Assembly: GCF_006345805.1 (NCBI RefSeq)
Contig: NW_021834954.1
Coordinates: 1,970 to 65,969, forward strand
Source of the DNA: Octopus sinensis
Taxonomy: Eukaryota
DNA length: 64,000 nt
Direction: 5' to 3'
The notes beneath the pieces were generated by a model. The model saw only the letters and a program-made list of their open reading frames with translations. It ran no database searches and was not told where the DNA came from. A program made the translations under genes and the position numbers. Shown here in pieces: positions 50,808 to 64,000 of this stretch. How positions within the stretch are numbered: the first letter of the stretch is position 1; each line of letters begins with the position of its first letter.

Positions 50808-51369
50808 GTAGCCCACCCAGTAGGTGTCGCTTCCGACAATCTCTGTTCAAAGGTTTTATTTACCTAGTTTCGGTGGAATACATCCACTTGTTTTCAATAA
50901 TAGAAATATTAAAATAACTAAGTCTCTCTAAAAGAGAACAGCGGCAGCGTTCCCGGAAAATAATAGTTATCGCCATACTAATATGGCATTCTTATAAAAA
51001 TAAGAAAAAAGCTGTCCGCTTATTAGCTCCATGAGGGCATCGCCTTAAGTTAGCTATTTGATACACAAACTGTATCCATATAACCTTCGAACAAGGTTAT
51101 ATGGATACAGTTTGTGTATCAAATAGCTAACTTAAGGCGATGCCCTCATGGAGCTAATAAGCGGACAGCTTTTTTCTTATTTTTATAAGAATGCCATATT
51201 AGTATGGCGATAACTATTATTTTCCGGGAATGCTGCCGCTGTTCTCTTTTAGAGAGACTTAGTTATTTTAATATTTCTATTATTGAAAACAAGTGGATGT
51301 ATTCCACCGAACTAGGTAAATAAAACCATCGAACAGAGATGTCGGAAGCGACACCTACTGGCTGGCTAC

Positions 51370-51411
51370 GCTGCATTGAAAAGGGGCAATACCCCGAAAC
51401 GCGTCTGTAGC
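51370..51411 (+). ncRNA. Third copy of the U3:A8 hammerhead (in the inverted arm)
   Basis: gctgcaTTGAAAAGGGGcaataCCCCGAAACgcGTCtgtagc, identical to copy 1. Confidence 0.8.
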
Positions 51412-51715
51412 TGCCGGTCAAGTAGTGTGGAGCGACTGACCTCCCTTGTTCGAAGGTTATATGGATACAGTTTGTGTATCAAATAGCTAACTTAAGGCGA
51501 TGCCCTCATGGAGCTAATAAGCGGACAGCTTTTTTCTTATTTTTATAAGAATGCCATATTAGTATGGCGATAACTATTATTTCGGGAACGCTGCCGCTGT
51601 CTCTTTAGAGAGACTTAGTTATTTTAATATTTCTATTATAAATATATAAATATATATATATATCTCTTCTCTGTCTGTCTCTCTCTCTCTCTCTCTCTCA
51701 ATATATATATATATT

Positions 51716-51771
<56 letters not shown>

Positions 51772-52153
51772 CATGTATATATATGCATATTGAAATATCT
51801 ATATATAGATTTGATATACACACATACATAAAACTATATATGCATTATGCAAATACGGATTGTCAGCTACTATTTCTGTTTGGTTTAACGATATCAAATA
51901 TCTCCACTCACTCTTTGATTGCTGAACAAACTTTCTTAAAATCAAATAATTACTACTCATTCGATATAATTAAAAAGATAATTACAATGTTTGTGCTGAA
52001 AGAGAATCCTGTGTGTGCCTTAATTAGCCAACATTCTGTTGTATTTAAGAATACCAGCTATCCCTTATGTCTCGGGATTTCGCTTTCTCTCACTTTTTAT
52101 CAAGATATACACACACAACTATTTATACATGTACGTTTGAGTGCCTATATGCG

Positions 52154-52184
<31 letters not shown>

Positions 52185-52267
52185 CATATTATATTATATA
52201 TATATATATAATATAATATATAATATATATATATATATATACATATTCTATCATAATATATATATAG

Positions 52268-52299
<32 letters not shown>

Positions 52300-52482
52300 C
52301 ATATATATGTATTATCGATAGATGAGTGTATTATTACCTTGTTAACAATTAACACGAACACTTAAATAAATAGTTACCAGGGTAGCAAAAATCTCACAGT
52401 AAATTTTTGATCAGCTAATGAACTTTTCAGCTGACTCTTGTGTGTGCTTATGTATGTATGTGTGTGTGTGTGTGTGTGAGCA

Positions 52483-52800
52483 TTGGAATCACAATCATGA
52501 GGTTGTGAGTTCGAATCCTGGTCCGAGCTGTGTGTTGTGTTCTTGGGCAGACACTTTATCTCACGTTACTCCAGTTCACTAATCGATAGAAATGAGCTGT
52601 GACCCCTCACTGCTGCCAAGCTATATCGGCCTTCTTTGCCTTTGCCTTGGATAACATCGGTGGCGTAGAGGGGAGGGGCCAGTATGCATGGGCGGCTTCT
52701 GATCTTCCATAAACAGCCTTACTCGGATTTATGCCTCCGAGGGGAACTTTCTAGGTGCAATCTCATGCTCATTCATGACCGAAGGGGGTCTTTAGCCTTT
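52483..52800 (+). mobile_element. tRNA-derived SINE (family D) with a conserved central-domain-like segment
   Basis: B-box GAGTTCGAATCC at about 52507, then ttcttgggcagacactttatctcacg, a CORE/V/Meta-like domain by resemblance only. Confidence 0.6.
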
Positions 52801-52847
52801 ATACATACATACACACACACACACACTCACACAAACATATATATATG

Positions 52848-52878
<31 letters not shown>

Positions 52879-53305
52879 TATATATATATACAGAGAGTGG
52901 GTATGCATGTGTAGGATGTGTAGAATGTATAAGTATATGCATACATGTATGTATGTATAAATATATGCATATATGTATATGTTTACATACGTGAGACAGA
53001 CAGACAGACAGGGAGCGTGTGTGTTAGAGAATAAAAGTGAGTAAGCGTGAGAGTATGAGAGATTGAGTCTCAGAAATTTGGTCATTGTTAAATGCATGTC
53101 AGTCGCCCACTTGAGGAAATAATATACATCGTAAACAAAGTAATTAACTCTCTAATTGTTCCATTTAATTACTTCATTAGGCTGTTATTATTAATTCCGA
53201 CCTTGCTTAGAACATGTTTGCATTCCAGGAAATAATGGCCATCAAACTTGAGTTTACCATATCAATATGTATCTATCTATCCTATCCATCTATGTGCGTG
53301 TATGC

Positions 53306-53345
<40 letters not shown>

Positions 53346-55018
53346 TTCGGGGTTCAATTTGGCCAAATGACTTCTACTATAGCCTTGGGCTGACCAAAGC
53401 CTTGTTTGTGTGTCTGTGTTTGTCCTCTCGTCATCGCTTGGCAACCGATGTTGGTGTGTTTGCGTCCCCGTAAATTAGCGGTTCGACAAAAGGAACCGAT
53501 AGAATAAGTACTGCACTAGTAAAGAATAAATTTTGTGTCGATTTGTTTAACCCAAAAGACACCGCTCCATCATGGCCGCGGTCAAGTAAAAGAGTATACA
53601 TACATACCTATATACATACACATACATACATATACATACATACATACATACATATATACATATATGTGTGTATATATATATATGTGGGTGGGGGTGGAAG
53701 AAAAGCTGTATCTTCCTATTCACACAATTCGTTTCACAATTCTACATTTTACTCATTGGATATTACAAAAATACTTTATTTTTTATTTTTAGAAAACATT
53801 ATTTTTTTCTCATATGTTCACACTGTCTCTCTCTCTCTCTCTATCTCTCAGTTTCCCCACGTATTTCTAAACATAACCTGTATACCGTGACCCTTAAACC
53901 TAACCAATACCTACAACTTAAACCCTAACCTAAAAACTCAAACGCTTGGCCTCTCTTTTAAACCCTTCTCTCGTTCTAAATCCCTAATAAAAGAATTTTT
54001 TCTGATACATTTGTCAACTGCTGTTTCTTTAGGTTTAGCCATATCAAATGTCCCTTCGTTTGTCCTGTTCCCCTAAACTTTATTAAAATAAGTTTATGGA
54101 ACCTGTAGATGTGAGAATACCCATAGCTACAACTTATATTCTAACCCTTTCCCTATTTCTCGTCCTAAATCTTTAATACGAATTCCAAACGATCTTTTCC
54201 TGGCATATTTGTCAACTGCTATTTCTGTTTGGCTTAGCGATACCAAAAGTCTCCTTCGATTGTCCTGTTCCCCTAAATATAAATGAAATATAAAATGCAG
54301 TTGATTATGGCACCTCTAAACGGGAGAATACAAGGTGAGATGATGAATGAGATGAGAGGGTAATAATGCCTTTCCAGATATATAATAATCCCGTAAATGA
54401 AATAAAGAATAGTTTTCAAATATGAACAGGCTGAAATTAAGCGTGTGAGCAGTAAAGCACATTGAAATTGCATAATTACAGCTAATTAGAAGTAATTAAA
54501 GATATAATTACTATGTTTATGTTGTGTCCTCAATTTGTCTAAACTGGGAAATTTGGGATGTATTTTATAAATACCAAGAATTTATAACTTGCTCCCTTCC
54601 TCCCTCTCTCTTTCTCTCTCTCTCTCTCACTCTCTCTCTTTATGCACAAACCTATACACATAGGGGTACATACACACACACACATGCATGCATACAGTTT
54701 GAGCCGGCAGAACCGTTACTGTCGCCTGGGTTGCTGTTACATGTCATCGTTTCGCTCGATAAAATAAATACTTATTAAGCACGTGGGTTGATATAATCCA
54801 CTTAAATCCTGACTTGAAATTGCTGGTCGAGTGCCAAAGTTTAAAACCAATGTGTGTATGTGTATGTATGCCTGTATGTGTATCTATGTGTGTGTGTATG
54901 TGTATGTGTGTGTATGTGTGTGTGTATGTGTGTGTATGTGTATGTATGTGAGTATGTGTGTGTGTATGCGTGTGTATTTGAAAGTGTGTGTGTATGTGTG
55001 TGTTTGTGTGTATGTGTA

Positions 55019-57472
<2,454 letters not shown>

Positions 57473-57515
57473 TCTTATATATTCACCCACGTGCTTTACC
57501 AAACAAACTTTCTTA

Positions 57516-57562
<47 letters not shown>

Positions 57563-57639
57563 CATTATGAATACCGTTATATTATGTATGTCTGTGTTTG
57601 TTCGGTTTGCAAAAAACTTTCTAGCATTTTGTAAGTAAA

Positions 57640-57865
57640 ATTTTTTAATAGTCTTTAGATTGCCGTGCATAGCTTTACTCAAACCAAATATTTCCCATTT
57701 TGTTCCCCTACCTTTCGCCATCTTTGAGGCAGCTTCATGACCCTGTCCTTCCAGAACTTGCTATATTTCTGGGTCATTAACTTGTCTAAGTAGCTTCTAC
57801 ACTCTTTTAAACAATCAAAGTTCTCCCCATTAAGAGAATTCTGCAAGGATCCCAATAAATGATAA
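57640..57865 (-). mobile_element. mariner (DD34D) transposase C-terminal relic
   Basis: YHLLGSLQNSLNGENF...KFWKDRVMKLPQRWRKVGEQNGKYLV matches the mariner C-terminus. Confidence 0.85.
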
Positions 57866-57938
57866 TTTATCTCCCTATGCCTGTCTGTCTCTCGTTCCCT
57901 CTCTCTCTCTCTCTCTCTCAATCTATCTATCTGTCTAT

Positions 57939-58065
<127 letters not shown>

Positions 58066-60259
58066 CATACATATATATATATTATATTATATATATTCTT
58101 GAAATATGGAAATTTTTTCACAATTTTTCCAGGATCCTCATCGTTCAATAAACAGAAAGAAAAAATATCCGGGAAAAGTGTAAAAATTAAGAGAGAGGGA
58201 TGAATTTTTGAGATTTTATTTTCAGGATCGAATCCCGCCACCTGCTTCATTTTTTCCACTTTTTCCAGAATTTTCTCTTCTTACTTATTTTTTTATTTTC
58301 TATTTTATTATTATTATTTTTTGGGTGGGGCCAAATACGTAAAAAATACAAAGATTTGAACTCTGATAATAATTTTTCTTTTTAATTTTAACTCGTTAAC
58401 CAACCACATGTTTCCGGGTGGCACCTCGGGCAACAGATTTGTTTCAGTCATTTACCTGTGGCCATGCTGGAGCGCTGCCATTAGTCGAGCAAATCGACAC
58501 CAGGACTTATTTTTTGTAAGCCTATTGCTTATTCTATCGGTCTCTATTTGCTGAACCGCTAAGTACGTTATGTTATCGTAGTTTTGTTAGCTTTGGCTGC
58601 TATTTCTAGCGTATGGATACCCTGCTTGAAGGCTGAAGGGTATTATATATATAATTATATATATATATTTATTTTTAATATGTTCTTTTATTTTACTTGT
58701 TTCAGTCATTTGACTATGGCCATGCTGGAGCACCGCCTCTAGTCGAGCAAATCGACCCCAAGACTTATTCTTTTTAAGTCCAGCGGTTCTTGACAAGACG
58801 CTAATTGACGGGGATGTAAACACCCCAGCATCGGTTGTCAAGCGATGTTGGTGGGACAAAAAGGCACACACACTCACACACACATATATGTATATATATA
58901 TTTATATACGACGGGCTTCTTTCAGTTTCCATCTCCCAAATATATTCATATACACACACACGCACATATATATATATATATGTACATATTTACGACGGGG
59001 CTTCCTTCAGTTTCTGTCTACCAGATTCACTCACAAGGCTTTGGTCGCCCGAGGCTATAGCAGAAGTCACTCGCTCAAGGTGCCACGCAGTGGGACTGAA
59101 CCCGGAACCATGTGCTTGGTTCGCAAGCTACTTAACGCACCGCCAACCCCGCCTCTATTTCGGGAGTTATCTCCACTTACTTGCCATCTCCTATTCAACT
59201 TAAATCTACTTCCGGCATCAGTAAATTTGAAATTAATTTGGACCCCGGATCCGTGCGCAACCGTTTAAAACTAAACTGAGGTAAGGCAGGCTTTTTTATT
59301 TCATTTGGGACCATTTAACGCTTGAATGAACATCCTTTCATCTTAAACTCTGTCTGTGTGTCTATAAATTAATGATACGATATTAATTATCGTAAAAGTG
59401 CGTGATCCAATTATGAGATCAGGAAATTAATGCTTTTGTTTTTCGTTACGAAACTTACAAGGGCGTGGCCGCTTTGTGGGGGGACAGAGATGGCGGTAAC
59501 ACAGAGTAGGGTCTCTGTTAAGTCAGCCTGAAATGGTGGGGTTTTGTGTAGATGTTTTAACAAGGGTGGATTTCTCCGCTGTGGAAACTAGATACCATTT
59601 AATTAAGAAGAGTGGTCCTGGTGCGCGCACTCGTTTACTCGCGCACGCGCCTTAGCTAGTCGTGACTAGTCGATCCTACAACGACTACCTAGCAAAGTAA
59701 ATGAAACACAAAAACACAAAGTAAGGATCGACTAGTCACGACTAGCTTCCTCGGATGCGCTTGTACGCGATTGCGCGCACCGGGACCACTCGTCTTAGGT
59801 TGTACCCTGTAAATGAAAACTGAATATGTGTATGTGAGTGTGTGTGTTGTGTGTGTAAAAGTGATAAAGTCGAGTTTCATGTATTTATTGTCTGTAACTG
59901 TAACTCCCTCCCACTCCTTTTGCTGTTTTAGCTTTCTTTCTGACCTGTCCATAAATTATCTTTACAACTTCCACACTTCCGAACTTCAAATTGTAAACCC
60001 AGTGTTTATTTCAATACCTCGCTTCCTCCATTTCCTCCCTATCTTATTCTTCTCTTGGCCTATGTTATTAAGTCTGTTATGCGTATGTATGTATGTATGT
60101 GTTTGTATAATATATACAAGCAGTCATCTGGCCTTCGTCTCGGTGTGTAGTGTACACAAATGTATTCATAAAACATCTTTCGTAATGCTTATGTATTAAG
60201 ATCTTAATTAAATGTTACAAGTCGATACCCTTCACAAGAAATAGTTTTAAATTCCAACC

Positions 60260-60308
60260 TTAAGTACACACACACACACACACACACATATATATCTATA
60301 TATCTGTC

Positions 60309-60342
<34 letters not shown>

Positions 60343-62037
60343 GACATACATACACACATACATACATACGTACATACATACACACACACTCACACACACA
60401 CATCGCACATACATACTTCACACACACACACATGCACACATACATGTAGGCACACACACATACATACATACATGCCCACACATGCACACCTTTACACAAA
60501 TGCACACACACATACACCTATTTGCATCCAGGCAGCCCCCCCCCTCTTTTCTGCTTTCCGGTTTTGGCAGATGGATCCTCGGTTCCCGCGGAGCGGGTCG
60601 TTCGAGGGCCTTTGCGCTCGCGCGCCTTGGCGCGTGCTGGGGGCTTAGTCGGCCCCAGGGGCTTGCGTTGTATTGTTTGTGTGTTGTGTGCGTGAGCGCG
60701 CTTCGTGTGTGTGGGCTTGCTTCGGGTGTGTGCGTGCGTATGTATACATACATACCCACACACACGCATGCATCCCTACCCACATACATACACGCACACC
60801 TACTCACACACACACATACACACACACACACATACCCGCACACACACACATACCCGCACACACACACATACATACATACACACACATACCTACTTCAGAC
60901 ATACACACACACAGACATACACCCATACACTCACACTCACGCATATACACACACATACACACGCACACGTACACATACACACACACACACACCTACATAC
61001 ATACATTACACTTGTACACACACACACTTACATTCATACACACACACTCCTACACAGCCATACCCTCACTCAGACACACACACCTACCTATACACACACA
61101 TACATACATACATCTACACACACACGCCTACACACATACATGCACACATACATAAACACACACACATACACATACACACACATACGCACACACACATATA
61201 CTTATACACATGCACACACACACATACATACATACATACACCCATACACATACACACACATACCTACATACTCCTATACGCACATACATACACACAGACA
61301 TACACACATACACACTCACAAACATACACACACACATACTTACACACACACTCATCTGCACGCGCACATACATGCATGACAAACACCCATACACTCACAC
61401 TCACATACGCACACACCAACATAAACACGCACACACACACCTACACTCCCACACACATACATACGCACCTACATACACACACGCACGCATACACACGCAC
61501 ACACACGCATACACACATACATTACACACGTACACACACACCTACATACACATGCATACACACACACACACAAACATGCACGGACACACCCAGACATACA
61601 TACACCTATACACACGCCCACACACCTACATACACACATACATACACACACATACACGGACACACCCATACATACTTACATACATACACCTATACACACA
61701 CACCTACACACCTACATTCACACACATAGACGCACATACATATATACCCACACACATGCACACACACACATACGCACATGCATGCATGCATGCACACGCG
61801 CACACCTACACGCATACATGCATACATGCATACACACACACACACACGCACGTACACATACATACATACACACACACACATACATACACCCATACACATA
61901 CATGCATCCTACACACACATACATACACACTCACACATACATACACACACACACACACTCACTCACACACCTGCATGTATGCGCACACACATGCACATAC
62001 ACACACTTCCACACACACACGTACATACATACACACT

Positions 62038-62068
<31 letters not shown>

Positions 62069-62700
62069 GGACATACATCTATGCACACACATATATACAC
62101 ACATACTTACATACATTCATCGGACACACTGACACCCAGACATACACACAGACACACTCACACATCCACACACACACATACTTACACACACACTCGCAGG
62201 CGCGCACACATGCGCTTGCGCCGGCTCGCGCACGCATACGCGCATGCATGCACCTCGCTCTTGGACCCGACGAGATCTCCGGCTCGTTTCTGGGGCCGTC
62301 GCCTGTCGTTGGGTTCTCCCACGCCCGTCTCCGCGGGACCACTCTTCCATCTTCCCCTCAGCTGGAGTCCTTTTTCCTTATAACCCCCCCTTTTTTGTAC
62401 ACACACGCGCACACATACATACACCCACTCACACACACATTTGCTTAAATATATACATTACTCTTACACACACTTCAAATCTACTCGCCATACATACAAC
62501 TACGACACTGGACACACACACACTACCACTCAACACACACACTGGCACGTTACATACGCCCCACCCCTTCCCCTCCCTCCCTTCCTTCATTTTTTTACTA
62601 CTGACCACTGTCTGCTATGCCTACTACTGTTTCGCCCTACCTCACACGCCTACACACAGACGCACACACTAACATATATATATTTTTTTTGTTTTTTTAT
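60260..62700. repeat. Degenerate CA/ATAC low-complexity tract with two short GC-rich islands
   Basis: Direct inspection. Source of the His/Thr-rich pseudo-ORFs. Confidence 0.9.
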
Positions 62701-62918
62701 CTCGCCTCACACACACATACGCACACGCACACACATACACACACATCTGTTGCGTTACCAACCCTGTCTCCACTCTTTTGGCTTTAAAAACCTACTTTGC
62801 TCTTGTTATCGTAAACTTCCGCCTTTCACCATGTGTACTTCGTAAACACCAGTCGCCTTTTTTTTTCTCCCTCTGTTTGCCCACCTCGGGATCTTTCTTT
62901 CCTCTCTCTTCCATCTTT

Positions 62919-62957
62919 ATGTTTCCGACGAAGAGCTCCGCTCGAAACGTCATACCT
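62919..62957 (+). ncRNA. Degenerate minimal hammerhead-like motif (U4 to C)
   Basis: CCGACGA-a-GAGC-tcc-GCTC-GAAAC-GTC. Helix II is perfect, helix I is weak. Confidence 0.45.
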
Positions 62958-63046
62958 TCCTGCTTCCATCTTTCCTGAGCACCTATTAATAATAATACTG
63001 TAATGTTCCACGTGTTGTGTTTTTCTGTTTTCCCGTTTGATAAAAT

Positions 63047-63077
<31 letters not shown>

Positions 63078-63088
<11 letters not shown>

Positions 63089-64000
63089 GAGGATGGGATC
63101 AGACGGGCAACAGAAATCAACATAGAAACTTTAAGAAAAGTTCAACACAACAACACACCTTCCCCGAAAATACTACCTTACATATCTACATACAACCCCA
63201 GAAACAAGAATCCTTCACCATCATCACCCAGAATTTACCAATACTTCATAAAAACCCAAAATTAAGGAAATTCTAAACATACACCAAATCATTAAAAGCT
63301 ACAAACAGCCTAAATCACTAAAAAGATTCTCACAAAGGCAAAATTGTCCTCTAAAATTACGGATGCAAAAGTAAAAAAATGTGGTAGATCGAACTGGTGC
63401 AACATGTCCTAACCTATCGGAAGGATCAGAATTCTTCTTTAAGAGGGACAGAAATTCAAGATCAAATCTAACTTTACTTGTGCCTCTGAAAACATAATTT
63501 ATGTCATAAATGCTCGGGCTGCCACCAAGACTACGTGGGTTCCACGGGACTATCACTCAGGCGTAGATGCACACGGCATCGACAACAGATTGCATTCCCA
63601 GAATATAGAATGATACCTTTTAGTGAGCAATTGAGAAATGCGCAAAGCAACTACTGCCACAATTTTTAATCTTCCCATTTACCAATGTGCTTTGGATCAT
63701 CAACACAAATGAGACTGAACAGGAAACATTCTTCATTGAAAAGTACAAACCAGACTCAACCACGAACATACTGACACAGAGAAATTAACAAGGGAAAGGG
63801 GGGAAAAAAAATTTTTAAGCGATTATCTCCCTTACACCGGAAGAAAGCACTCACTACCTCCCCTTATTTAGAAATCTCCTAAAATAAAGACAACGTAACT
63901 CCATGCAATATAAACATAACGTCACCGAAATTTGAAAAGCTACACGCGAAACCGGTAATTTTTTAAAAAATTTTAAAAATTATGTCATTTTAAGGAAAGG
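63078..64000 (+). mobile_element. Second, more 5'-truncated copy of the Penelope-like element (GIY-YIG + pLTR with HHR at 63927-63962), inverted relative to the first
   Basis: Reverse complement of about 55220-56150, with scattered single-base indels. Starts right after (TA)n and runs off the window end. Confidence 0.9.

Larger units (their letters stand above)
50238..51638. mobile_element. Retrozyme-like tandem array of a 361-362 bp HHR-containing unit, with a fold-back inversion at about 51090, inserted in (TA)n
   Basis: Unit starts at 50238, 50600 and 50961. 51093-51638 is the inverted mirror of 50537-51087. No ORF. Confidence 0.85.

Noticed and set aside
60418-62672. His/Thr-rich ORFs up to 415 aa and GC-rich islands
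   Set aside because: They are CA/ATAC low-complexity translations. The GC islands look like noisy or degraded repeat copies (62290-62350 ends like the palindromic element) and show no coding signal.

Overview
AT-rich, microsatellite- and transposon-dense eukaryotic DNA, most likely from a cephalopod (Octopus-like). That assignment is inferred from the CDICGKSFS-type C2H2 zinc-finger arrays and the SINE and LINE families. No conserved housekeeping gene is evident. Host coding content is one short C2H2-ZNF ORF (36469-36876) and one decayed ZNF array (13055-13750). The rest is relics of RTE, CR1/L2-like, HERO-like, Penelope-like (PLE), Gypsy and Tc1/mariner elements, tRNA-derived SINEs, two interstitial degenerate (TTAGGG)n arrays and many simple repeats. 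The main hidden signal is a set of about 10 type-I hammerhead ribozyme (HHR) motifs from several unrelated small elements, most with a palindromic helix III. The strongest case is a 361-362 bp tandem, retrozyme-like repeat (50238-51638) whose HHR has a compensatory U3:A8 core (UUGAAAA instead of CUGANGA). The same variant core occurs in the pseudo-LTR of a neighbouring Penelope-like element (55108-57472 and 63078-64000), a candidate autonomous partner. All alignments and folds were made by eye. Many single-base homopolymer indels suggest long-read consensus error, so frameshifts and fold-backs need read-level checks.
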